Assembly: GCF_006345805.1 (NCBI RefSeq) | Contig: NC_043001.1 | Span: forward strand, 84,320,001-84,384,000 | Length of the DNA stretch: 64,000 nucleotides | Reading direction: 5' to 3' | DNA from: Octopus sinensis | Lineage: Eukaryota | Part shown: piece by piece, positions 12,001 to 24,652 of the stretch | Layout: each line of letters opens with the position of its first letter | Numbering within the stretch: position 1 is the stretch's first letter | The notes under the pieces: generated by a model | What the model saw: the letters and a program-made list of their open reading frames with translations, nothing else | The model's database searches: none | Told to the model about the DNA's origin: nothing | Position numbers and translations under genes: made by a program

Positions 12001-15000
12001 CAGCCACTGTGTAGCATTGTGATATAACAGTGGCAACGAGGATTTCGTAGCACACACAGCCACTGTGTAGTATTGTGATATAACAGTGGCAACGAGGATT
12101 TCGTATCACCACAGCCACTGTAGTATAGTGTGATATAACAGTGGCAACGAGGATTTCGTAGCACACACAGCCACTGTGTAGTATTGTGATATAACAGTGG
12201 CAACGAATTTTTCGTATCACACACAGCCACTGTGTAGTATTGTGATATAACAGTGGCAACGAGGATTTCGTAGCACCACACAGCCACTGTGTAGTATTGT
12301 GTTATAACAGTGGCAACGAGGATTTCGTAGCACACACAGCACTTGTAGTATTGTGATATATAACAGTGGCAACGAGGATTTCGTAGCACACACAGCCACT
12401 GTGTAGTATTGTGATATAACAGTGGCAACGAGGATTTCGTAGCACACACAGCCACTGTGTAGTATTGTGATATAACAGTGGCAACGAGGATTTCGTATCA
12501 CACACAGCCACTGTGTAGTATTGTGATATAACAGTGGCAACGAGGATTTCGTAGCACACACAGCCACTGTGTAGTATTGTGATAACAGTGGCAACGAGGA
12601 TTTCGTAGCACACACAGCCACTGTGTTGTATTGTGATATAACAGTGGCAACGAATTTTTCGTATCACACACAGCCACTGTGTAGTATTGTGATATAACAG
12701 TGGCAACGAGGATTTCCTAGCACACACAGCCACTATGTAGCATTGTGATATAACAGTGGCAACGAGGATTTCGTAGCACACACAGCCACTGTGTAGTATT
12801 GTGGTATAACAGTGGCAACGAGGATTTCGTATCACACACAGCCACTGTGTAGTATTGTGATATAACAGTGGCAACGAGGATTTCGTATCACACACAGCCA
12901 CTGTGTAGTATTGTGATATAACAGTGGCAACGAGGATTTCGTATCACACACAGCCACTGTGTAGTATTGCGATATAACAGTGGCGACGAAGATTTCGTAT
13001 CACACACAGCCACTGTGTAGTATTGTGATATAACAGTGGCAACGAGGATTTCGTATCACACACAGCCACTGTGTAGTATTGTGATATAACAGTGGCAACG
13101 AGGATTTCGTATCACACACAGCCACTGTGTAGTATTGTGATATAACAGTGGCAACGAATTTTTCGTATCACACACAGCCACTGTGTAGTATTGTGATATA
13201 ACAGTGGCAACGAGGATTTCGTAGCACACACAGCCACTGTGTAGCATTGTGATATAACAGTGGCAACGAGGATTTCGTAGCACACACAGCCACTGTGTAG
13301 TATTGTGATATAACAGTGGCAACGAGGATTTCGTATCACACACAGCCACTGTGTAGTATTGTGATATAACAGTGGCAACGAGGATTTCGTATCACACACA
13401 GCCACTGTGTAGTATTGTGATATAACAGTGGCAACGAGGATTTCGTATCACACACAGCCACTGTGTAGTATTGCGATATAACAGTGGCGACGAGATTTCG
13501 TAGCACACACAGCCACTGTGTAGTATTGTTATAACAGTGGCACGAGGATTTCGTATCACACACAGCCACTGTGTAGTATTGTGATATAACAGTGGCAACG
13601 AGGATTTCGTATCACACACAGCCACTGTGTAGTATTGTGATATAACAGTGGCAACGAGGATTTCGTATCACACACAGCCACTGTGTATTTTTGCGATATA
13701 ACAGTGGCGACGAAGATTTCGTAGCACACACAGCCACTGTGTATTTTTGCGATATAACAGTGGCAACGAGGATTTTGTGGCACACACAGCCACTGTGTAG
13801 TATTGCGATATAACAGTGGCAACGAGGATTTCGTAGCACACACAGCCACTGTGTAGTATTGCGATATAACAGTGGCGACGAGGATTTCGTATCACACACA
13901 GCCACTGTGTAGTATTGCGATATAACAGTGGCAACGAGGATTTCGTGGCACACACAGCCACTGTGTAGTATTGCGATATAACAGTGGCAACGAGGATTTC
14001 GTGGCACACACAGCCACTGTGTAGTATTGCAATATAACAGTGGCAACGAGGATTTCGTGGCACACACAGCCACTGTGTAGTATTGCGATATAACAGTGGC
14101 AACGAGGATTTCGTGGCACACACAGCCACTGTGTAGTATTGCAATATAACAGTGGCAACGAGGATTTCGTGGCACACACATCCACTGTGTAGTATTGCAA
14201 TATAACAGTGGCAACGAGGATTTCGTGGCACACACAGCCACTGTGTAGTATTGCAATATAACAGTGGCAACGAGGATTTCGTGGCACACACAGCCACTGT
14301 GTAGTATTGCAATATAACATTGGCAACGAGGATTTCGTGGCACACACAGCCACTGTGTAGTATTGCAATATAACAGTGGCAACGAGGATTTCGTGGCACA
14401 CACCGCCACTGTGTAGTATTGCGATATAACAGTGGCAACGAGGATTTCGTGGCACACACAGCCACTGTGTAGTATTGCAATATAACAGTGGCAACGAGGA
14501 TTTCGTGGCACACACAGCCACTGTGTAGTATTGCGATATAACAGTGGCAACGAGGATTTCGTGGCACACACAGCCACTGTGTAGTATTGCAATATAACAG
14601 TGGCAACGAGGATTTCGTGGCACACACAGCCACTGTGTAGTATTGCGATATAACAGTGGCAACGAGGATTTCGTGGCACACACAGCCACTGTGTAGTATT
14701 GCAATATAACAGTGGCGACGAGGATTTCGTGGCACACACAGCCACTCTGTAGTATTGCAATATAACAGTGGCAACGAGGATTTCGTAGCACACACAGCCA
14801 CTGTGTAGTATTGCGATATAACAGTGGCGACGAGATTTCGTGGCACACACAGCCACTGTGTAGTATTGCGATATAACAGTGGCGACGAGGATTTCGTAGC
14901 ACACACAGCCACTGTGTATTTTTGCGATATAACAGTGGCGACGAGGATTTCGTAGCACACACAGCCACTGTGTAGTATTGCGATATAACAGTGGCGACGA

Positions 15001-15438
15001 AGATTTCGTAGCACACACAGCCACTGTGTAGTATTGCGATATAACAGTGGCGACGAAGATTTCGTAGCACACACAGCCACTGTGTATTTTTGCGATATAA
15101 CAGTGGCGACGAGGATTTCGTAGCACACACAGCCACTGTGTAGTATTGCGATATAACAGTGGCGACGAAGATTTCGTAGCACACACAGCCACTGTGTAGT
15201 ATTGCGATATAACAGTGGCGACGAGGATTTCGTAGCTCACACAGCCTCTGTTTATTTTTGCGATATAACAGTGGCGACGAGGATTTCGTAGCACACACAG
15301 CCACTGTGTATTTTTGCGATATAACAGTGGCGACGAGGATTTCGTAGCTCACACAGCCTCTGTTTATTTTTGCGATATAACAGTAGCGACGAGGATTTCG
15401 TAGCACACACAGCCACTGTGTAGTATTGCGATATAACA
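9002..15438. repeat. 56-bp tandem minisatellite/satellite array, ~115 copies
   Basis: Unit ATATAACAGTGGCAACGAGGATTTCGTAGCACACACAGCCACTGTGTAGTATTGCG repeated head-to-tail with a few recurrent variant positions. Confidence 0.98.
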
Positions 15439-16209
15439 ATTCCCAAAACTGATAACAGGATACAAATAATAGGTTGCAAATATGAGTTTGGTCAATATAA
15501 CATTTGCCTGCAGGAACCATGGCACCACATACGATAATAGACGAGGCCAACAATTGTCAGATCTGATTAAGGTTTCCTCCTCACATATCGCAGCTGGCAG
15601 AGAGTATAACAGCAGTCATGATAAGAGTGCCATAATAAATTAGCTTGAACTAAGGCGAGCTATTGTCAGCTCTGAGTAAAGCTGAATGTCCACATATCTC
15701 AGCTGCCTTGATCACGAGAGAAACGAGAGAAGATTATAAGCGCTTATGTTTTAATGAAATGTTTCAAGAGAAGAGTAATTCGTTCCTAAACTTCCACATG
15801 AACTAGACAACATTTAGCGAAGTAATATCGCGAAGACACGAAAGAAGCGATGAAATACAAACCAAAAATACCATGGATTAGATGATAAGAAAAAAAGTCG
15901 TTGAACTATGGAAGCCCGTACTAATAAATATCCAACAAACGCATCACTACATTTTTCACCGGCAAACAGAAGAGGCCAGGATTATAGTAGAAGGCACTTG
16001 TCTAAGACAGCACACTGTGGAAATGAATCTAAAACTAGGTAGTTACAAGGCGAACTTCTGAAGCATATAGCCATATCTAAAAAAGTATTTAGGTGGTGTT
16101 CCATTTCAGTGTCCGGTGCTGAACATATACCAACCATTATATAGGTGCTCTCGGCATACATACGCATGCATAAAGATTAATCACATAGACACACACACAC
16201 ACACGCACG

Positions 16210-16245
<36 letters not shown>

Positions 16246-16344
16246 ATTGCAAACGCAAGCATGCACACAAACGCGCACACGCACATACATATAGGCATAT
16301 GTGTATATATATACTTATACAAGCATATACATATAGGCGCAGGC

Positions 16345-16540
16345 GTCACTGTATGGTAAGAAGCTTACTTCTCAATAACATGGTTCTGGGTTCAGTCCCA
16401 CTGCGAGCAACCTTGGGCAAATTTCTATTATAGCCTCAGGCCGATAAACCCTTGTGAGCAGATTTGAGCAGAATATATATATTCTTTTATTCTTTTGTTT
16501 CAGTTATTTGACTGCGGCCATGCTGGAGCACCACCTAAGG
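16345..16540. mobile_element. Family C SINE head (plus) and tail fragment (minus)
   Basis: ggcgtcactgtatggtaagaagctt..gggttcagtcccactgcg..ttgggcaa; then tttgtttcagttatttgactgcggccatgctggagcacc. Confidence 0.7.
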
Positions 16541-17420
16541 CTTAAATTAGATAACAAAAAATAGAAGTCCTTCCAAAACAATAGGCCTGTAGAACTATTA
16601 AAGACCATAAAAAGAACTTCCTATCTAATCCTAAATGTAGGCTTATTAACCCAGCTCAATCAGAAATTGGTATTATTAGTAAAGAAATTTTAGGAAAAAT
16701 CAATGCGAAAGTCAGAAATGCTACTAAGTTAGTACAATGGTCCAATAGTATAGAAGTCGTTGACTGGTTTATAGCCATTAAGAATAAGAATAAAGAATAA
16801 TTAGATATTATTGATTTATATTCCTCTATCTCCAAGAAACTGCTAGATAAAGCCCTCACCTTCGCAAGCGAATATATAGAAATCAGTTCACAAGATAAGG
16901 ACATAATCTTCCATGCTAGAAAGACTTTGCTCTTCAGAGAGAATGCAGAGTGGGTCAAGACTACCGATAGAGAGGGTGCTTTCGATGTGAGCATGGGGTC
17001 ATATGATGGAGCAGGCATATGCGATCTCATTGGACTATGCCTACTCGATACGTTGGGCAAGACTTTTCCTGACATATATTTCACAATTTACAAAGATGAT
17101 GCCTTAGCTTTAACCACAGATACTAATGGACCAGCACAAGATCGGTTTAGGAAGGACATTATCCAAATGATGAAAACTTTCGGTCTTAGCATAACTACAG
17201 ATACCAACCTGACGGTTGTCAATTTCCTAGATGTATCCTTAGATTTAAATAAGAATATTTACAAACCTTATAGGAAGCCCAACGACACTGGGAAACAGGA
17301 AAAACAACCAAATTATCCAGCTATATATGGTCCTTAAAAGAAAAGGGTGTCAACTATAACATTTATTGGAAGATCTTAGCCAACTATACGACTTACACCA
17401 AGATCACAGATAGAACCTGC
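16540..17420 (+). mobile_element. Penelope-like element fragment (RT plus GIY-YIG remnant, Naiad-like motifs)
   Basis: One frame reads KDHKKNFLSNPKCRLINPAQSEIG..LDIIDLYSSI..FDVSMGSYDGAGICDLIG..IYKDDAL..NFLDVSLDL..KPYRKPND with two stops, then jumps to LSSYIWSLKEKGVNYNIYWKIL in another frame. Confidence 0.85.
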
Positions 17421-18023
17421 TTTTTATATTGTGATCTTTTATATTTTTACATATTTATATATGTATATTTTTATATATTTTATTGCTTTATATATTTTAT
17501 ACATTTTTTCTGTACAATACCTTTCATCCTGCAAATTTGTGCATGTGCGTATAGAGACGTGTATATGAACATAATTGTGTGCGTGTGAGGTATATATGCA
17601 TGTGTGCCGGTATGTATATCTGTACACGTGTATGGACTCATATATATATGCATACATATAGGTGTGCGTGTGGGTGTGCATATGCACGCGAGTGTGAGTG
17701 AGCACATACATATATGCACATGCACGTGGGGCTGCGTGCGCACATGTACATGTATGTACATGCGCGCATACGCGGATTCTATGAGCGTGGGTTTACCTTC
17801 GAGTATTCTTACTTTCTCCCCATTTGGGTAATTTCCCTTTATTTAACAGTCATTCTCATAGCTCTTTTGTTTGTCTTAATAACGGTTTTCTTCATAGTAA
17901 TTTCCCTTTATTCAACGGTCATTTTCATAGCAGTCTTCCGCCCTGACATCCGAAGCTCTGAGTTTTATTACGGCAATCGACTAATTTGTCACAAATTATA
18001 ATATATTATATTATATTATATTA

Positions 18024-18362
18024 TGAAGGCGCGTGGCTCAGTGGTTAGAGCGTCGAGCTTACGATCGTGAGGTTGTGAGCTCGAATCCCGGACCGGGCTG
18101 CGTGTTGTGTTCTTGAGCAAGGCACTTTATTTCACGTTGCTCCAGTTCACTCAACTGTAGAAATGAGTTGCGACGTCACAGGTGCCAAGCTGTATCGGCC
18201 CTTGCCTTTCCCTTGGACAACATCGGTGACGTGGAGAGGGGAGGCCGGTATGCATGGGCGACTGCTGGTCTTCTATAAAACAACCTTGCCCAGACTTGTC
18301 CCTCAGATGGTAACTCTCTAGGTGCAAACCATGGTCAGTGTCTGACCGAAGGGGGTCACCAC
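18024..18362 (+). mobile_element. tRNA-derived SINE, family B, inserted in (TTATA)n
   Basis: A box tggctcagtggttag, B-box-like gctcgaatcc, core gtgttcttgagcaaggcacttt..ttgctccagttcactca. Confidence 0.8.
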
Positions 18363-18370
18363 CATTATAT

Positions 18371-18407
<37 letters not shown>

Positions 18408-18549
18408 CAACAACAATACTTACTTATTTATTACTTTATAGATATAGATTGATAGTTACTCATTGACATGCATATGTGTGTATAGGTAGATATATGTATG
18501 TGAATGCACATATATACTTTCACATATACTCTCACACACACGAGCGTGC

Positions 18550-18591
<42 letters not shown>

Positions 18592-19191
18592 TGTGTGTGT
18601 GTGTTTGCTTGTTTGTTTGTTTGCTTGCTTGTTTGTGTGTGTATGTGTGAGTGTGAATGTATATATATATATATCCTTACGTTTGGTTTGTAAGCCTAAA
18701 AATAAATAGTTCAGAGTATAGGGAGTTAAAGATAAGGAATTAGAAAATGGAAGAAACGAGAAATAGAAAGACAGAAAAAAGAAGGAAAATGAGAAGTAGC
18801 AAAAAAAATAAATAAATAAAAAGAAAGAAATTCCTGCGATACAGATATTTTGTAACTAAAGTCACATGAAGGAAAAATAATTCCAAAAATACAAAAGACT
18901 TCTTGCATCAAATTATTTTTTGTAAAACCAGGAATAGTTGAAATCAGACTTTGAATTCAAACATTCCGTAAGAACTATAAAGTTCTTTTTGTCGTCCACC
19001 TCGAATTTCTATACTAATTGTTGTCTAGCTATATTACATCAATTAGCGAATTTTTATTACGGTCGTTTGTTTTGAGATGTTTTAAAAAAAAATTCCAATG
19101 TATTTTTTTTATATATTTGATCACATCTGGAAATACTTTTGTAATCTGTCTGCTCCATCTGCTGGTCTACTTATCTATCTATCTATCTATC

Positions 19192-19237
<46 letters not shown>

Positions 19238-19810
19238 GGACTTAGTGTAACATAGAGTAGAGAGAGAGAGAGAACAAGGAACATCTACGATAATAATACT
19301 CTTGTATTTTTCTTCGTCACAACATATGAATGAAAAATGAAGGGGTGATACATGAATAAGGAAAGAAAGGGTGATGGCAAGCTTGGTAGTGGGATGATGG
19401 AAATTCAACGGTGAAAAAAATCAAACAGCGTTTCGACTCTGAGTATATGTGTTTGTATGTAAAAGTGAGGTGTGTGAATGTTTGTATGTTTGCAATGGAA
19501 GTGGGATGGTGGACATTCAACGCTGAAAAGAAAAATCAAACTGCTTTTCAAATCTATGTGAGTATATGTGTGTATGTGTGTACGTGTACAAGGGAAGTAT
19601 GTGAATGTTTGTGTGAATCGGTGTACTTTCAGTAACAAACGACGACCGATGTCACATCTCAAAAGACAAGATAACATTGACAAGTGTATTAATTTGATTC
19701 ATCATTCATATTTATATATAAAATATTACAATTGGCCGTCATTTTTGACGCCATGGGGCCAACTACTAGAATATATTAGAAAAGATGTGTGATACTAGAA
19801 ATAATGATGT

Positions 19811-20058
19811 GGAGGCGCGTGTCTTAGTGGTTAGGGTGTTGAACTCATGTTTGTAAGGTTGTGGTTTCCATTCCTGGACTGGGCGATGCGTTGCATTCTT
19901 GAGCAAAACACTTCATTTTCACGTTGCTCCAGTCCACTCAGCTGACAAAAATGAGTAATCCTGCGACGAACCGACGTCCCGTCCAGGTGGGGAATTCCTA
20001 CGCTACTGAAACCGAGAAACCGGCCCTTATGAAAATGGCATGGCTCGAGAAGGAACAT
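19811..20058 (+). mobile_element. Family B SINE
   Basis: ggaggcgcgtgtcttagtggttaggg..cttgagcaaaacacttcattttcacgttgctccagtccactcagctg..gaaaccggcccttatg. Confidence 0.8.
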
Positions 20059-21474
20059 TTATTTACTATTTTTTTTTTTTTAGAAATAGTGATACAACTG
20101 AGAATCTCATAGATAACGAGAGGATCCTAAATGGAGCAAAGATTTTGGGAAAGAGGAACTCTACAAAATTCCACTGTTCCAAATTTAGAATGACTAAGAG
20201 AAAACGAAGAAAGCAAGAATGAAAAATAACGAAGAGTAAAATAAAGGATATATCAAGAGGGAGAGAGTTTAAGAGAAAGAAGCAACGAAATACATACAAA
20301 AAGAAAAAAAATAATGAGATAGAGAAAAAACGACAGAGATTTACAAGTAAAAAAGAATTAAATAAACACTACAGCCAAATATTTAGACATACTATTTCAA
20401 CCTTATTTATCTTTTTTATCTTAATTTTAAACAGGGCTGTGGTTTTTTTTTATAATTCTTTAAATAATATTTTTTAAATTTTTATTTCTTTTTAGACTTA
20501 AAACTTTTTCTTTTTAACTACTTTGATTTTGGTTTACTTTTACGTTTTCTGTGTGTTTTGAAGATGGAGTAAGACAAGGATTGTAAACGTTTGTTAAAAA
20601 ACAGAAGAAAGAAATGAATGTTTGTGGAGAGAACAGTATGTTTGTGTAGAAATTTTGTAGGTTAAAAACTAAATGTATTTAAATTTTGATGACATCAGAG
20701 ATGGATAAAGGGCAACGGGGTTAAAGAAATCAGGAGTAAAGTTGAGTGATTTAGATAAACGACTGGGTTAATAGAGCAGCATATATTTAGAATTTATTTA
20801 ATACCATGTTCTTTTTATTTTATTGTTTTTGTTTTTTAGTAATGGCATTTTCAATGTCTTCTGACGTAAAATTCGGTTGCGAACAAGTTGAAAACATTTT
20901 ACTGCCTAAGAGTGGAATGACAAACTAAACAGTCTTAAAGGAGACGCTATGAAAAAGTATTATAGGCATCTCTTTCGCCTTCTCGGTCTCTCTCTCTCAG
21001 TTTATGATGCGTGTGTACGTGTGTGGTGTGCGCGCGCGCGTGCGTGTACACACATAAATATATGTGTGTGTAATATATCTATATATATATATATATATAT
21101 AATATATATATATATATAATATTAATAATAAATATTATGTATTGGTTAAGTTTTTCATTGTATGATTTGCCTAATAGTGGTTTTGTCTCTAATTTAATAT
21201 AATATATATATATATATATATATATACATATGTGTGTGTGTGTGCATGTATATTAGTCGAGTCAGTCGTTTGCTACTCTGAGTCTCATCTGTGGATGCAA
21301 AGAGTATTTAGGTAAGTTACTACCTTGAAGACCCTGAGCATATACAAGCGAAACTCAGAGTAGCAAGTAACCGAGTAGACAAAATTATAATAAATAATTA
21401 TTAATCTCGACTATGCTATCGAGTACTCTTTTCCCACACTCAACGGATATATATGCATATGTATTTTGATTTCA

Positions 21475-21625
21475 AATTTTGGCACAAGACAAACAATTTC
21501 TAGGAATGGGGTAAGTCAATTATATTGACCCCAAAGCTCGACTGGTACTTATTTTGTCGACCCCGAAAGAATGAAAGGCGAAGTTGACCCTAAGCGTTCT
21601 AACACTTTTGCTTCCTCACCGCCTT
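21475..21625 (-). mobile_element. Family A SINE, internally deleted
   Basis: aaattttggcacaag..ggtacttattttgtcgaccccgaaagaatgaaaggcgaagttgacc. Confidence 0.7.
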
Positions 21626-21799
21626 AGTGGAGAGGGTAGTATTAATAAATGAATGACAAAAAGATATGAGTTACTAAATCATTTTCAATTCCTTGCAGTG
21701 ATTTCGATTATAAGAAATCATTTTTTTAACTTAGAAGATGTAAAACTCTGCGGTTTCTCTTTAATGTGACACCTGTCAACGTTTCCCTAATGAAGAATT

Positions 21800-22060
21800 C
21801 TCCCCGAAACATTAGAATTTCCTCTCCTCACGGCTAGTGAATACGTCGTGTGAAGTGTAAAATCCAACAGAACGCTTTTGAGTTTGACGGTCACTAGTTG
21901 TCCAGGAGAAACTTCATTTAGTAAACTGGGTGCGATAAAGAATTATCCGAGAACTAGAGGGACCTGTGAAAGACTCTTAGATTTAGAGGGCAGTGTTCTA
22001 AAGACGAAATATTTTGAGGGATTCATTAAAGACCTTTCAGATGCCAACTATAGAAACAAG
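21800..22060 (+). mobile_element. hAT transposase C-terminal (dimerisation domain) relic
   Basis: LSLTVTSCPGETSFSKLGAIKNYPRT..ERL matches the hAT pattern VT.C.GERSFSKLK.IKN.LR....ERL. Confidence 0.7.
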
Positions 22061-22245
22061 CATTTTGTAAGCATTGTACAAAATAAATAATCATTAATCT
22101 CGACTATGCTATCGAGTACTCTTTTCCCACACTCAACGGATATATTTTATCCGTCCGCCTGTCCGTCCCCGCGTCCGTCTATCTGTCTGTCGGCCTACCT
22201 GTCTGTCTGTCTGTCTGTATGTCTGTCTGTCTGTATGTTTGTCTA

Positions 22246-22304
<59 letters not shown>

Positions 22305-22531
22305 GTCTATCTATCTATCTATCTATATATATATATATATATATCTGTCTTCTGTTTACTTGTCTCTATGTCTTTTTTCTATCTGTCTGTCTGTCTCTCG
22401 ATCTATCTGCATGATTGTGCGTGTGCATATATGGGTATAAACTTAAATACAGACAAGCTTCCCTCATTCATTCACACACACACATACACACACACGGAAG
22501 AGAAGGAATGGAAGAAGATAAATAATATAAA

Positions 22532-22532
<1 letters not shown>

Positions 22533-22570
<38 letters not shown>

Positions 22571-22600
22571 TGATGATAATAATAATAATAATAATAATAA

Positions 22601-22631
<31 letters not shown>

Positions 22632-23450
22632 AAGAAGAAGAAGAAGATTAGTGGAAGAAAAGAAGTGGAAGAAGAGAAGAAGAAGAAGAAGAAGAAGAAG
22701 AAGAAGAGGAGGAGGAAGAAGTGGAAGAAGAGAAGAAGAAGTAGCAGAAGAAGAGGAGGAAGAAGTGGAAGAGGAAGAAAAGAAGAAGAAGGAAGAGGAA
22801 GAAAACCGGAAGAAGAGAAATGGAAGAAGAGAAAAGGAAGTGGAAGAAAAGAAGATAGAAGAAGAAGAAGAAGAAGAAGAAGAAGAAGAAAAAGAAGTGG
22901 AAGAAAAGAGGAAGAGAATGTGGTTGAAGGGAAGAGAAAGGAGAGAAGAAAAAAGAGGAAGAGAAGAGGAAGACGTGAAGAGGAAGTAGAAGTAGAAGAA
23001 AAGAAGAAGTAGAAGAAATAGAAGAGGAAGTGGAACAAGAGAATATGAGAAGAGGAAGAAGAAAAGATGGAGAAGAAAAGATGAAAAAGAGAAGAGGAAG
23101 TAGATAAAGAAGAAAAGAAGATGTGGAAGGTGAAGAAGAAGGGGAGAGGAAGATGAAAAAGAAGAGAAGAGGAGGAATAAGAATAGGATGGTGAAAAAGA
23201 AAGGAAGAGGAGGAAGGTGAAGAAGAAGAAGAAGAGAAAAGGAGGAAGATGAAGAAGATGAATAGGATGATGAAAAATGATGAAGAAGAGGAAGAGGAGA
23301 AGAAGTGGAAGAAGAAGAATAGAAAAGGAAGAAGAGGAGGAGAAGAAGAAGAATAGAAAAAGAAGAAAAGAATAAGAATAAGAAAAAACGATGATGAAGA
23401 AGAAGATGAAAAAGAAGATGAAGAAGAAGATGAAAAAGAAGATGAAGAAA
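22533..23450. repeat. (AAT)n grading into a ~850-bp GAA-rich polypurine tract
   Basis: Plus strand almost entirely A/G triplet variants (GAA, GAG, GAT). Confidence 0.95.
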
Positions 23451-23454
23451 TGTG

Positions 23455-24560
23455 AGTTTTGATGGTGAAGGATGAAGTAAGGCGGACGTTAAAATGAAAG
23501 GACTCAATGGAACAGTTCAATAGAAAAAAATAGCAGTTGAGTAGATTGGAACCAGTGACAGTATTGCTCGGAGCATCACGGCTCCTTTCAAGATCTGACA
23601 CCTGGACGATGCGACGATACGCGGGCCGGCAGAGAGCGTCTGCCACGATATCCGATCATTGGTTTCCACTCTGCCGAGGATCGGCCTAGAGATTAATTGG
23701 TACAAGTCAGAGGTCGTGTGAATCACCTACATCTCAGAGGACTTCGTGGCCTCCGTCTTGGTTTTGTGTTCATTACTTCACCAGGTACAAGTGACCTCAA
23801 AAGAGGACGTCCTTATCTTCAATTCACCGATATCACCACCTGCCATTCGCTCCACCCTCAGCTCTAGCCTTACTAGACTGCTGTGCTGAAAATGGCCTCA
23901 CTGTTCTGGATATCTTTCAACACAGGTATATTCATAAGTATACCCTCCGAACAGAGGTTACCGACAGCGCTTATCGTCTCGGACCTTTTTTATTCTGGGC
24001 TGGAAATTCATGTAAAGAGTGACCCTTACCTAGTTTTCTGCAACCTAAGAGTATTCTCTATCGGGAGAACTCATTGAACCATTAAGTCCAGTGCGACTTA
24101 CATGATAAAGTAGGAAGCCCAGGCGGATGATGGGATCAGAAACAAATAAGCAGGCTCTGTTGCATCTTAATAGAAAGACCTTCTTGCAAGCTGGAACGTC
24201 GAAACGAATTAGATATCAAAAAGGTATATGACCAGTGGTCGTGGAACATGCTGAGGTGGGCTTTGCAGAAGTTTGGGAGTAATGGGCAATTTCTAGTTGC
24301 CGTGAAGTACATATACGAATGTCCAAATGCTTTTATATATTTTGAACGGACTTCGGAAAGGTTGCGTATTGTCACCACCCATTTTCATAATTTTTATAAA
24401 CTGGATTGACATGTGTGGCTGTTGTGAAAGTGATATCTCAATCGGTAGATGTAACATCGGTCAGCTGCTATTTGTTGGTGATAGGAAGCTGTTTGACTCA
24501 TTAGAACGTGATCTTCAGTATGCTTTGAATGGATTTGCTGCCAATTAGTGTTGCGAAGAC
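23455..24560 (+). mobile_element. Degraded RTE-clade LINE with internal deletions (APE + RT remnants)
   Basis: LLDCCAENGL..FQHR.IHKYT and IVSDLF..VKSDPYLVFCNL (APE end); GLRKGCVLSPPIFIIFINWI..LLF..LQYALNGFAA (RT). Confidence 0.75.
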
Positions 24561-24652
24561 TAATCATTGGTTTTCTCGAGAAAGTTTTCTCGTTTTGGCA
24601 TTTGGTTTGCAAGATTCTTTATATAAGTTCGTGTGCTGAAGCATATTCTGTT

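Larger units (their letters stand above)
21390..22145. repeat. 63-bp direct repeat pair (21390-21452, 22083-22145)
   Basis: ataaataat(t/c)attaatctcgactatgctatcgagtactcttttcccacactcaacggatatat occurs twice with one mismatch. Confidence 0.92.

Noticed and set aside
9002-15438. CRISPR array
   Set aside because: Units are contiguous with no unique spacers, there are no cas genes, and the context is eukaryotic.
9002-15438. Hammerhead ribozyme in the 56-bp unit
   Set aside because: The minus strand has CGAAA but no CTGANGA box on either strand, so the core cannot be assembled.
8925-15485. TIRs enclosing the array (array inside a MITE)
   Set aside because: Only a short loose match (ATAACAGG-ATA-AAAT) links the right flank to the reverse of the left flank, with no target duplication; too weak to call.
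16540-17340. Selenocysteine read-through as described for some Naiad elements
   Set aside because: The two in-frame stops are TAG and TAA, not TGA, and I see no SECIS.
22239-23646. Arg/Glu-rich or Leu/Phe/Ser-rich proteins
   Set aside because: Open frames arise from the GAA/TTC tract; no complexity or splice context.
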